55,025 bases of DNA from Candidatus Moraniibacteriota bacterium (GCA_030641185.1 DAOWHY010000035.1:1-55025); one strand, 5' to 3'; positions 16,325-25,440 are shown, counted from the first letter of the stretch. The notes: a model not told the origin generated them from the sequence alone. Made by a program: numbers and translations.

Positions 16325-17575
16325 ATGTCAACCCCAAAATCCAAAAAACCAAAAATAGCGATTGTTCACGACTTCCTAACTTACTTCGGTGGAGCCGAAA
16401 GGGTTTTGATGTCGTTGCATGAATTATATCCCGAAGCGCCGATTTATACTTTATTGTATGATGAGAAGAAAATGAAGAGATATTTTCCAGAGGCGAAAAT
16501 AAGAAGTTCGTTTTTGAATAGATTGCCGAAGTTTATAAGAAAGCGAAAAAAGTATTTACTACCACTGATGCCGACTGCGGCGGAGACGTTTGATTTGAGG
16601 GATTTTGACATTGTAATTTCCAGTTCCAGTTCATTTGTGAAAGGAATAATTACAAAACCAAAAGCGATTCATATTTGCTATTGTCATACTCCGACAAGAT
16701 TTCTTTGGGACTGGCATTATAATTATCTTGAGGAAAATAAAATAAAAGGAATTAAAAAAATATTTATTTTGCCAATTTTGCATTATTTAAGAATGTGGGA
16801 TAAATCAGCTTCGGAAAGAGCTGATTATTTTATTGCTAATTCGGAGCATACCGCAAAGAGGATTAAGAAGTTTTATGGAAGAGGAAGTGAAGTAATTTAT
16901 CCGCCAGTTAATACTGTCATTGCGAGGAGCCTGAGCGAGCGTAGCGAACGAAATGGCGACGAAGCAATCCCGTTATTAAATTCTTCGCGCGTAGTTGCGG
17001 GATTGCTTCGTCGCCCTGCGGGGCTTCTCGCAATGACAGATAAAAGTAAAGATTATTTCCTCATCGTTTCTCGTTTAAGCCCATACAAAAAAATAGATAT
17101 TGCTGTTGAAGCGTTTAATAAATTGGAATTGCCGCTTGTTATAATAGGCGAGGGAAGCGATAAAAATAAACTGGTAAAAATAGCGAATAAAAATATTAAA
17201 TTCCTTGGATTTCAGTCGGAAGAAAAACTTGCGCAATATTACGAAAATTGTTACGCGTTTATTTTTCCGGGAGAGGACGATTTTGGAATAACTCCGATTG
17301 AGGCAATGTCTTTTGGAAAGCCGGTTTTGGCATACAAAAAAGGAGGCGTTTTGGAAACAGTAATTGAAAATGAAACGGGAGAATTTTTTGATGATCCAAT
17401 CCCTGAAATTTTAGCGGATGGAGCGAGAAGATTAAAAAATAATTATAGTAATTACAACGCTGAAAAAATAAAAAAACAAGCAGAGAAATTTTCGGAAGAA
17501 AGATTTAAGGAGAAAATAAAGAAAGTTGTAGAAAACACAATAGCATTGTCATCCTTGTTTCAGAATAACAGATAG
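16325..17575 (+). CDS. glycosyltransferase, GT4 family, carrying an in-frame palindromic repeat insertion
   Basis: IAIVHDFLTYFGGAERV, ANSEHTAKRIKKFYGR.SEVIYPPV, FLIVSRLSPYKK, FPGEDDFGITPIEAMSFGKPVLAY. The inter-domain linker is occupied by repeat 16915-17038. Confidence 0.88.
   Translation: MSTPKSKKPKIAIVHDFLTYFGGAERVLMSLHELYPEAPIYTLLYDEKKMKRYFPEAKIRSSFLNRLPKFIRKRKKYLLPLMPTAAETFDLRDFDIVISSSSSFVKGIITKPKAIHICYCHTPTRFLWDWHYNYLEENKIKGIKKIFILPILHYLRMWDKSASERADYFIANSEHTAKRIKKFYGRGSEVIYPPVNTVIARSLSERSERNGDEAIPLLNSSRVVAGLLRRPAGLLAMTDKSKDYFLIVSRLSPYKKIDIAVEAFNKLELPLVIIGEGSDKNKLVKIANKNIKFLGFQSEEKLAQYYENCYAFIFPGEDDFGITPIEAMSFGKPVLAYKKGGVLETVIENETGEFFDDPIPEILADGARRLKNNYSNYNAEKIKKQAEKFSEERFKEKIKKVVENTIALSSLFQNNR
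16915..17038. mobile_element. family A palindromic element inserted in frame in the GT4 gene
   Basis: TGTCATTGCGAGGAGCC...GACGAAGCAATCCCG ... CGGGATTGCTTCGTC...CTCGCAATGACA. Intergenic copies lie at 21755-812 (half), 38501-605 and 46073-212. Confidence 0.9.
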
Positions 17576-17649
17576 CAAAGTGATAAATTTAATTTTGACC
17601 TAAGTTGACTATCATTATATAATATAAACATAGAAAATAAATCAAAAAT

Positions 17650-19707
17650 ATGTCTCAAAATGTTATAAATGAACAGACAGACGAGAATATTAAAAAATAT
17701 TTATCTGAAAGTGGGGAAGTGAATAAAACAGAAAATGCTAAGTGGTCTGATGTTCTAGATGGCAATGGCAAAAGTAGATTCAGTTTTAAGAAAAATAAGA
17801 AACTGGTTTTATTAATTTTGTTTTTAATTATAGCAGTTGTTTTGTCAGTCGCTTATTTTGTGTATCTGAAAGGACAGAGATCTTTTGATGATAAAAAGGT
17901 TAAGATTGAAATCAAAGCTCCTAATGAAGTAGCGAGCGGGAATGAAATAACTTTTGTAATAGAATATAGAAATGACACGGGAGTAAAATTGAAAAATCCA
18001 AAAATAACTTTTTTTACTCCAGAAAAATTTATTTTTACGTCAAGCGATAAAAAACCTCTTGAAGGAGGAGATGATGGGTTGGTGTTAAGCTGGAATATTG
18101 ACGATTTATCGGCTGGTGAATCTGGGAAAATAAAATTATTTGGCAGAATTACGGGAAACAAAAATAGCGAGCATGAATTTAATTCAAAAATTTCTTATAT
18201 TCCGAACAACTTTAATTATGAATTCCAGTCGGCGGGCAATTTAAGTAAAATTAAAATAGAAATAATCTCGGTTTCTTTTGATCTTTCTCTGAAATGTCCG
18301 GAGGAAATAATTACTGGCAATGAAATTGACTGTTTGATTGCGTTTGAAAATATTAGTGACAATAATTTTAGAAAAATAAACATTAAAGCCAATTTTCCAG
18401 AAGGGTTCATATTCGCTTCTGCTAACCCGGAAATTGATGAGAAAATAGAAAATAGTTTAAATTGGAATATGGAAGAAACGAAAACAAAGGCGAAAGGAGA
18501 GATAGCCATAAAAGGAAATTTAGTCGGGGAGAAAAATGAAGAAAAGGAAATAGAAATAGAGGTAGAAATTTTTGAAAGCGATGGAAGATTATTAGAACGT
18601 ATAAACAAAAAAGCTATTATAAAAATTCAGGAAGTTCCTATAGTTTTAGAACAAACAGTTAACGCGCTTGAAAATCTTTCTGTCAATAAGGAAGAAGAAA
18701 TGGAATACAGAATTAAATTTAAAAATATAAGCGATCAGGAAATTAGAGGATTGGTGATAAATAGTGAATTAAAAGGCGGTGTTGATTTTAACTCTCTTGA
18801 GGTAATTAATGGTTCTTATGACAATAAATCAAACAAAATAACCTGGAGCGCTTTTAATGTTCCTAAATTAGCGGTTTTCAAACCAGGAGATGAGGATGAA
18901 GTCAGTTTTAAAATTAAAGTAAGTGATTATTTTGATATCAGATCATCAGAAGACAAAAACTTTATCATTAAAAATAAAGTGGTAATAAGCAGTTTTAACT
19001 TTAATGACGATGAGGCAAAAATTGAAAAAGAAATTGTTTCCGATGAAATGATCGTGAAAATAAATTCATTTTTATTCATAAGGACAAAGGGATATTTTAA
19101 TGACGATGGCAGAATTAAAAATATCGGAGTTATCCCTCCTGAAGTCGGAAAAGAAACAACTTATACAATTCACTGGAATCTAAACAATCTCCTTGGAGAT
19201 ATTAAAAATGTGAAGATTGCCTCTATTTTGCCTGATAATGTGAAATGGACTGGAAATTATATAAAGTCAAACGGAGAGATATCTTTAGGAGATGAAAATA
19301 ATGGAACATATGTTCCGGAAGGCGAAGAAGAAAATGAAGAAGAAAATAATAATGAGGATGAGGTCAATTCTCAAGATGACAGTGAGGCAGAGGAATATCA
19401 GATAACCGAAGAGAAATTTTATTACAACGCTGTGACAAGAGAAATTGTTTGGGAGATGCCATGGCTTAGCGCTAACACCGGATTAATTTCTCCATCAAAA
19501 GAAATTGTTTATCAAGTTAGCATTATTCCAGAAGCTTCAGATGTTGGAAAAACGATAAAAATTATGAATGAAGTTGGAGCTGTTGGATTTGACGAATTCA
19601 CAAATGAAGAAATTGTAACTTTAGAAAGCGAACTTACGACAGAACTTCCCGATGATTACAGTATTGGACCGGAAGAAGGGATTGTAATAGAAAATTTAAA
19701 AGAATAA
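17650..19707 (+). CDS. large N-terminally anchored surface protein with repeated beta-sandwich (DUF11/CARDB-like) modules
   Basis: 685 aa. One TM helix (LVLLILFLIIAVVLSVAYFVYL), several recurring segments of about 100 aa (..GNEI.F.I.Y.N.....L.N..I...) and an acidic low-complexity tract. Confidence 0.6.
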   Translation: MSQNVINEQTDENIKKYLSESGEVNKTENAKWSDVLDGNGKSRFSFKKNKKLVLLILFLIIAVVLSVAYFVYLKGQRSFDDKKVKIEIKAPNEVASGNEITFVIEYRNDTGVKLKNPKITFFTPEKFIFTSSDKKPLEGGDDGLVLSWNIDDLSAGESGKIKLFGRITGNKNSEHEFNSKISYIPNNFNYEFQSAGNLSKIKIEIISVSFDLSLKCPEEIITGNEIDCLIAFENISDNNFRKINIKANFPEGFIFASANPEIDEKIENSLNWNMEETKTKAKGEIAIKGNLVGEKNEEKEIEIEVEIFESDGRLLERINKKAIIKIQEVPIVLEQTVNALENLSVNKEEEMEYRIKFKNISDQEIRGLVINSELKGGVDFNSLEVINGSYDNKSNKITWSAFNVPKLAVFKPGDEDEVSFKIKVSDYFDIRSSEDKNFIIKNKVVISSFNFNDDEAKIEKEIVSDEMIVKINSFLFIRTKGYFNDDGRIKNIGVIPPEVGKETTYTIHWNLNNLLGDIKNVKIASILPDNVKWTGNYIKSNGEISLGDENNGTYVPEGEEENEEENNNEDEVNSQDDSEAEEYQITEEKFYYNAVTREIVWEMPWLSANTGLISPSKEIVYQVSIIPEASDVGKTIKIMNEVGAVGFDEFTNEEIVTLESELTTELPDDYSIGPEEGIVIENLKE

Positions 19708-19896
19708 TAAATACCAATAGATAATATTTTAAAAAACTTAAATAAAATATATCAGCAAAAATATGGAGTTGCTGTTTTTAGTGTTAAGGCAAAAAATACA
19801 AAAGGAAGAATTGAAATAAGCGGAGAAGTTTTAACGGATACGCAAAGAGACAATATTTTAAATGTTTTTAAAAGAGAAAAAATAAAAGTAAAAAAA

Positions 19897-20682
19897 GTGG
19901 ATTTAAAAATTTTAAGTAATGCAAGTGAAAAAAATGAAATCGGTTGGGCGATTGCGAAAATGAAAATAGTGGATTTGAAATTGAGATTTGTTTCTAATGA
20001 AATATTGAATAGTAGAATTTTAAAAAGAATTAGGTGTTCACAGGCTTTTCAGGGTGAAATATTGCGAGTTTTATTTAGAAAAAGCGATCAATTGTTAGTT
20101 CAGCAAAATGATTTAACTCTGGGTTGGATAAATAGGAATGAAGTGATTTTAAAAAGGAGGAGTTTATATGGGAATTTGCATAAAAAATGGGCAAGTGGAA
20201 ATTTTGCTTTGAAGGGTAGGACGATTAAGATAAATAAAATTATAATTATAAAAAGGCTCCACAGCTTTGCGGAGACTATGGAGCCAACAACAAAATTTAG
20301 ATTAGACCCAATTGATAAAATTTTAAAAGAAGCTGAAATTTTTTTGGGCGTTAAATATCTTTTAGGGGGGAAATCTAAAAAAGGAATTGACTGTTCTGGT
20401 TTAACGCAGATGGTTTATAAGAATTCTTTCAATATAATTTTGCCAAAGCATTCCTGGGATCAAAAAAAAATGGGTAGAAAAATAAATCTAAAAAATATAA
20501 AATCAGGCGATTTAATATTTTTAATCAAAAAACCAAATAAGCATGTTGGGATTGTAGAAAAAAATAAGGGCGTAAATTTAATCCACGCTTCTTTGGAAAA
20601 GAAAAAAGTTATCAAGCAGAAATTAGACGAGGTTTTTGAGAGTTACGATTTTGTGGAAGCAAGGAGGATTATTGAAAGTTAG
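19897..20682 (+). CDS. NlpC/P60 (C40) cell-wall peptidase; the true start is probably upstream at a non-canonical codon
   Basis: GVKYLLGGKSKKGIDCSGLTQMVY (catalytic Cys), GDLIFL...HVGIV (His). The frame stays open and protein-like back to 19711. Confidence 0.8.
   Translation: MDLKILSNASEKNEIGWAIAKMKIVDLKLRFVSNEILNSRILKRIRCSQAFQGEILRVLFRKSDQLLVQQNDLTLGWINRNEVILKRRSLYGNLHKKWASGNFALKGRTIKINKIIIIKRLHSFAETMEPTTKFRLDPIDKILKEAEIFLGVKYLLGGKSKKGIDCSGLTQMVYKNSFNIILPKHSWDQKKMGRKINLKNIKSGDLIFLIKKPNKHVGIVEKNKGVNLIHASLEKKKVIKQKLDEVFESYDFVEARRIIES
20255..20285. repeat. family D hairpin inside the NlpC/P60 coding sequence
   Basis: GGCTCCACAGCTTTGCGGAGACTATGGAGCC, translated as RLHSFAETMEP. Confidence 0.8.
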
Positions 20683-20687
20683 AATAT

Positions 20688-20756
20688 ACGGAATTTACCC
20701 TTTAGGGTTTCAAAACCGTTGTAAATAAAAATGAAATCCTAAAGGATAAATTCCGT
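20688..20756. repeat. imperfect 24-bp inverted repeat (ACGGAATTTACCCTTTAGGGTTTC / GAAATCCTAAAGGATAAATTCCGT)
   Basis: Read directly. It lies just after the NlpC/P60 stop codon. Confidence 0.7.
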
Positions 20757-20829
20757 CTCCAAAAAGCCCTTTACAAAAATAAAATATTTATATAGAATAA
20801 AGCTATTGAAAAAAATAAATATCTACAAA

Positions 20830-21747
20830 ATGATTAAAGTTGAAAATCTGGCAAAAAAATATGGCGAACTTGCCGCACTGGACGGAGTGTCTTTTGAGAT
20901 GCAGGAAGGTGAAGTAATTGGTATCTTAGGACCAAATGGGGCAGGGAAAACAACGTTGCTTCGAATATTGGTTATGTTTCTTGAACCGACTTCGGGGAAA
21001 GTTGAAATTGACAATCTTGATCTTGGCAATCCGCTTTATCAGCAGGATATTAAAAGTAAAATTGGTTATCTACCGGAGAATGCTCCTTTATATGAAGATA
21101 TGACTGTTTGGGAATATTTAAGTTTTACGGGTAAAATGCAGGGGATTAAGAAAAATAATTTAAGTGAAAAAATCTTAAATGTTTTAGAAAAATGCGGGTT
21201 GAAAGACAAGCAAAATACGGAAATTTCAATTTTATCAAAAGGCTATCGGCAGAGAGTGGGAATTGCTCAGGCGCTTATTCACGATCCAAGAATTGTAATT
21301 TTAGACGAGCCAACAACCGGTCTTGATCCAAATCAACGAATTGAAATCAGGGATTTAATCAAAGAAATTGGCAAATCAAAAACTGTAATTTTATCCAGCC
21401 ATGTTTTATCTGAAGTGCAGGCAACTTGTTCGCGAATCTTGATTATTAATAAAGGTAAGATTGTTGCCGATGACACACCGGAGAAATTGGAAAATAAAAA
21501 TAGAAGCCAGTCAATGATTAATGCCGAAGTTGAAGAATTGGGGGCTAATATAGTTCCAAGACTAAAATTAATTGAAGGGATTAGAGAGGTTGAAATCAAT
21601 GGCAATAGAATTACAATTACTACTACTTTGGAATTTGATCTTAGAAAAGATATTGCAAAAATTATTGTTGAAGAAAACAGCGGGCTTTTAGAACTGACAG
21701 GGCAACAGGCTAACTTGGAAGATGTTTTTATAGAGTTGACGAAATAG
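20830..21747 (+). CDS. ABC transporter ATP-binding protein (GldA-like)
   Basis: Walker A GPNGAGKTT, signature LSKGYRQR, Walker B ILDEPTTGLD. Start set at the ATG giving MIKVENL. Confidence 0.9.
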   Translation: MIKVENLAKKYGELAALDGVSFEMQEGEVIGILGPNGAGKTTLLRILVMFLEPTSGKVEIDNLDLGNPLYQQDIKSKIGYLPENAPLYEDMTVWEYLSFTGKMQGIKKNNLSEKILNVLEKCGLKDKQNTEISILSKGYRQRVGIAQALIHDPRIVILDEPTTGLDPNQRIEIRDLIKEIGKSKTVILSSHVLSEVQATCSRILIINKGKIVADDTPEKLENKNRSQSMINAEVEELGANIVPRLKLIEGIREVEINGNRITITTTLEFDLRKDIAKIIVEENSGLLELTGQQANLEDVFIELTK

Positions 21748-21754
21748 GTTTTGC

Positions 21755-21812
21755 TGTCATTGTGAGGAGCCTGAGAGAGCGTAGCGAACGAAATGGCGAC
21801 GAAGCAATCCCG
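21755..21812. repeat. family A half-copy (left arm only)
   Basis: 58 nt nearly identical to 16915-16972. It lies between the ABC ATPase stop and ORF 21854. Confidence 0.85.
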
Positions 21813-21853
21813 TATCTAAGCCAATAGAGTTTTTAATTAATTAAGATAAGAAA

Positions 21854-22576
21854 ATGAATAATTTTGATGTTCCTCCAGTGGAGGATGAAAAAGAAGAATT
21901 GGAAATAGAAACAGATAAAGTAGTGGCTGAAAGTGTTGCTACAAATGAAGAAAATGAAGCAGGCTCAAAAGAGCAGAAAGAAAAACAGATAATATCTGAA
22001 GGAGATAAAACAATGGAATCTTTTCGTAAATACGAATATGAAAGGCTTAAAAGGGACTTAGAAAAAACTCTTCAAGAATTTGACCTAAAGATATTAAATG
22101 AAGCCGAAAAGTATGTAAATGAAGTACTTGATGTTGCAGTGGATTTTAAGAAAAGAAGAGAGGATAGAGGTGAAAATGAAGATGATAAATATAGAGATAA
22201 TAGTATTCAAAATTGCGAAGAGATAATTGAGGCAATATTGTCTATAAAATCTTTAAAGGGACAATCTATAAAAGGTTTAGATATAGAGGAATCTCTTGAT
22301 AGACTGGCACAATTTCAATATTTAAATTTAAATAAGCTAACGGATGAAAAATTTTCCAGCTTACTTCGTGAATTTAAAGGCAAAAGTTATTCTAAAGGTG
22401 TTTCAGGAATTGAGTTTTTTCACGATGTTGGGGATTTAGTTTGTCAATTAAGGGACGCAGTAAAAAATCTTGCTGAGTTTAAATATCCTAAATTAATACA
22501 AGAACAGGTTGATAAAGAAAATGAATTGAAAATTAGGAAAGCCAAAGAGAGTATGGATAAAATAAATATAAATTAA
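21854..22576 (+). CDS. hypothetical acidic, helical cytoplasmic protein
   Basis: 240-aa ORF with no TM helix or signal peptide. It lies between the ABC ATPase and permease genes, directly after a repeat half-copy. Confidence 0.5.
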   Translation: MNNFDVPPVEDEKEELEIETDKVVAESVATNEENEAGSKEQKEKQIISEGDKTMESFRKYEYERLKRDLEKTLQEFDLKILNEAEKYVNEVLDVAVDFKKRREDRGENEDDKYRDNSIQNCEEIIEAILSIKSLKGQSIKGLDIEESLDRLAQFQYLNLNKLTDEKFSSLLREFKGKSYSKGVSGIEFFHDVGDLVCQLRDAVKNLAEFKYPKLIQEQVDKENELKIRKAKESMDKININ

Positions 22577-22583
22577 TAACCAA

Positions 22584-23300
22584 ATGAACAAAATCCTCAC
22601 TATCACAAAAAAAGAACTAAACTCCCATTTCAATTCTCCTTTGGGCTATATTGTTGTGTCTGTTTTTTTGCTGATGAGCGGGTGGATTTTTATGCAGTCG
22701 TTTTTTATCGTCGGGCAGGCGTCAGCGAGATCGCTTTTTAATTTTTTGCCGATTATTTTTATGTTTATCTTGCCGGCGATTACGATGTTTTCTTGGGCGG
22801 AAGAAAAACGCAGTGGCACGGTTGAAGTGTTAATGACTTTTCCAGTTAAAACAATGGAAGTCGTTCTCGCTAAATTTCTTTCCAACTTTATTTTCTTATC
22901 AATAATGCTTTTGCTGACAATCGTTATTCCGATTATGATTACGGAAATAGGCAATCCGGATCGCGGTATAATCATTGCCGGTTACATCGGCGCTTTGCTT
23001 CTCGGCTCGTCTTATATTGCTATCGGACTCTGGATTTCTTCTATTACGAAAAACCAAATCATTTCTTTTGTTCTGACTGTCACAATTATTTTTATATTTT
23101 ACATCATTGGCAATTCGCTCATTCTTGATCAGCTGCCAAATTCTGTCGCTTTTATCGGTAAATTTTTAAGTTTTTCCACGCATTTTAATTCAATCCTGCG
23201 CGGCGTTATTTCTCTGGCGGATATTGTTTATTATTTATCAATCGTTATATTTTTCTTATTTTTAAATGCGAGAGTTGTGGGGTTGAGGAAGTGGAAATAG
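22584..23300 (+). CDS. ABC-2 type transporter permease (GldF-like)
   Basis: 238 aa with six predicted TM helices. N-terminus KELNSHFNSPLGYIVVSVFLLMSGWIF is typical of ABC-2 permeases. Confidence 0.8.
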   Translation: MNKILTITKKELNSHFNSPLGYIVVSVFLLMSGWIFMQSFFIVGQASARSLFNFLPIIFMFILPAITMFSWAEEKRSGTVEVLMTFPVKTMEVVLAKFLSNFIFLSIMLLLTIVIPIMITEIGNPDRGIIIAGYIGALLLGSSYIAIGLWISSITKNQIISFVLTVTIIFIFYIIGNSLILDQLPNSVAFIGKFLSFSTHFNSILRGVISLADIVYYLSIVIFFLFLNARVVGLRKWK

Positions 23301-23302
23301 GG

Positions 23303-23340
23303 TTAGCTTTTTAGCTTGTAGCTTTTTAGGGCTTAGAGCT
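23303..23340. repeat. family J repeat (TTAGCTTTTTAGCTTGTAGCTTTTTAGG)
   Basis: A similar sequence is at 51088-51120. The reverse complement of its core forms the heptamer array at 15373-15405. Confidence 0.65.
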
Positions 23341-23342
23341 GA

Positions 23343-23464
23343 TGTTGGTTCAGGACTCTGTCCTGAACCGTATATTTCTTAAAGTCAAAGTAAGAAACTC
23401 GTATTATTTTTGTAGATTTGATAAGTAGAAATACAAGGTTCAAGTCGGAGACTTGAACCAACAT
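23343..23464. mobile_element. family F element
   Basis: TGTTGGTTCAGGACTCTGTCCTGAACC ... GGTTCAAGTCGGAGACTTGAACCAACA. Same architecture as 11838-11996. Confidence 0.85.
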
Positions 23465-23500
23465 CGGAGAAGTATTTTTAACAGATTAACAATTAAAATT

Positions 23501-23851
23501 ATGAACTCAGAACAACCAACAAAAATTGAAAACAATATAGAAGATGTGGATATTAGCAAACTAAACTTTGAACAGTTAAAAGAAGCTCGAGAATTAGGAG
23601 AAAAATCTCTTCAGCGAACAGAGAGAGGATTTATGATGGTAAACGGAACAGAGTTATTTTTAAAAGAGACTGGTGGAGATGCCCATACTTTAATGAATGA
23701 AAGTGCTGTAGATAAATTACCAGCTTATATAGCGAATAACGATGATTCAATTTTGAACGATTCTAAAAATGAAGGTATGGACAGAGAAGTTATAATACAA
23801 GAATTAGAAAAAGTATTAACAGAAGAATTTGGATATATAGTTATTGAATAA
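23501..23851 (+). CDS. hypothetical acidic cytoplasmic protein
   Basis: Start trimmed to the ATG at 23501, because the longer TTG-initiated ORF begins inside repeat 23343-23464. No motif recognised. Confidence 0.45.
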   Translation: MNSEQPTKIENNIEDVDISKLNFEQLKEARELGEKSLQRTERGFMMVNGTELFLKETGGDAHTLMNESAVDKLPAYIANNDDSILNDSKNEGMDREVIIQELEKVLTEEFGYIVIE

Positions 23852-23873
23852 GATTTATTTTACAATAATCAAA

Positions 23874-25421
23874 ATGAAACCAAAAATCAAAAACTTACTA
23901 AACTCCTCCCTAAGCTCAGTCTTAATCTTTTTAGCGTTCCTCATTGCTATCAATTTTTTGGCATCTCAAAAATCATTTTATTTTGATTTAACGGAAGAAA
24001 AGATTTATACAACTTCCGAAGCGACAAGAGATATTTTGAAAAATTTGGAGGAAGAAGTTGAAGTTAATTTTTATATTTCCAAAGATCTGCCGCAAGATGT
24101 AGCTGGTGTCAAAACACAGCTGATAGATTTTATGAATCAGTATCAGGACATTGCCGGAGCAAGTTTGAAAGTTTCTTATTTGGAACCGGAAAATACTCCA
24201 GAAAAAGTGAGAGAACTTGCTGAAAAGGGAATTCCGCAGATTCAGTTCAATGTTATTGAGAAAGATAAATATGAAGTAAAACAGGGTTTCTTCGGCGTAG
24301 AGATAACTTCAGAAAGTGAAAATGGAATAAAAAGAGAAGCAATTCCAATTATTCAATCTATTGATAGTTGGGAATATGATTTTATTTCAGCCGTTTTTTC
24401 TGTTTCCAGAGAGAAAAAAGAACTTATCGCTTTTTTGCAAGGACATGGCGAAAAGATTTTGCAAATTCCGGATCTAATAAAAGCGTATGATATTCTGGAA
24501 GTTAAAATAGAAAGCGCGGAAGAACAAAAAGGATTTTATGTTGAAAAAACTATGAGCAGCGAGGAAGACACGGAAAGCGAAATAAAAACATTTGTTTATC
24601 CAATAACTTTAATAATTGCTGGCCCAATAGAAATAATATCGACCGAAGAAATTTCTGTTCTTGATGATTTTATAAAAAACGGCGGAAATCTGATTGTTTT
24701 ATCGGAAGCGGTTAATCCGAATTTGCAAGGAAATTTAGAAGCTCAACTCGCTGAAAACAATTTAAACGAACTGACGAAAAAATACGGAATTGAAATTAAT
24801 AATAATTTAGTTTACGACAAGTCCAATTTTAATATAACTTATCAGCAGGGATTTTTCTCCGTGAGCAAGCCATATCCTTTTTGGCTAAAATTAGTGAGCG
24901 AAAATTTTGGCGATCATCCTGCTTTGTCAAATATCCAGTCAATAATGTTTCCTTGGTCATCATCTTTAACTCTTTCTGAAAATAGTGATTATTTCGCCAG
25001 ACCTATTTTAAGTTCAACAAATCAAGGTGAAACGGTATCAGAAAATTATAATCTTCTTCCAGACGGTTATTTATCTTTTGCCAGCGGATCTAAAAAAACA
25101 GTCGCCGCTGTTTCTCAACCTAAAAATGAAAATTCAGAAAGCGGTTCGTTGTTTGTCGTTGGTGATTCTGATTTTGTTTCTTCAAATTTTATCAGACAAG
25201 TTCCCGACAATGAAATTTTCTTTGTCAATCTTATTGATTCAGTTTCAAATTCCGCAAACTTAGTTTCTATCAGGTCAAAAAATATTGTTGATCGACCGAT
25301 TAAAGATCTTGACGAATCAGAGAAAAACTACTGGAAGTTCATTGCGATTTTCGCCGGCGCTATTTTGATTGATGTTTATGGAGTTTTTAGGATTATGAAG
25401 AGGAGAAAAAGTAGCAGATAA
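23874..25421 (+). CDS. GldG-like auxiliary component of an ABC-type transport system
   Basis: N- and C-terminal TM anchors (SSVLIFLAFLIAINFLA; FIAIFAGAILIDVYGVF) flank a large periplasm-like domain. It follows the ATPase and permease genes. Confidence 0.7.
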   Translation: MKPKIKNLLNSSLSSVLIFLAFLIAINFLASQKSFYFDLTEEKIYTTSEATRDILKNLEEEVEVNFYISKDLPQDVAGVKTQLIDFMNQYQDIAGASLKVSYLEPENTPEKVRELAEKGIPQIQFNVIEKDKYEVKQGFFGVEITSESENGIKREAIPIIQSIDSWEYDFISAVFSVSREKKELIAFLQGHGEKILQIPDLIKAYDILEVKIESAEEQKGFYVEKTMSSEEDTESEIKTFVYPITLIIAGPIEIISTEEISVLDDFIKNGGNLIVLSEAVNPNLQGNLEAQLAENNLNELTKKYGIEINNNLVYDKSNFNITYQQGFFSVSKPYPFWLKLVSENFGDHPALSNIQSIMFPWSSSLTLSENSDYFARPILSSTNQGETVSENYNLLPDGYLSFASGSKKTVAAVSQPKNENSESGSLFVVGDSDFVSSNFIRQVPDNEIFFVNLIDSVSNSANLVSIRSKNIVDRPIKDLDESEKNYWKFIAIFAGAILIDVYGVFRIMKRRKSSR

Positions 25422-25440
25422 AAATTGAAATCTTTCAATT

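Noticed and set aside
19705-19710. Stop-codon read-through or recoding that would fuse the 685-aa surface protein to the NlpC/P60 peptidase (same frame)
   Set aside because: Two consecutive TAA codons separate them. TAA, TAG and TGA all terminate conserved genes at expected lengths in this window (for example mraY with TGA, mreB with TAG, rpsI with TAG), so there is no sign of an altered code.
23437-23462. tRNA-like strings such as GGTTCAAGTC...GACTTGAACC (also at 11842 and 11968), considered as T-arm / tRNA genes
   Set aside because: These are simple perfect hairpins belonging to repeat family F. There is no acceptor stem, D-arm or anticodon arm around them. No GGTTCGAATCC-type T-loop context was found anywhere in the window.
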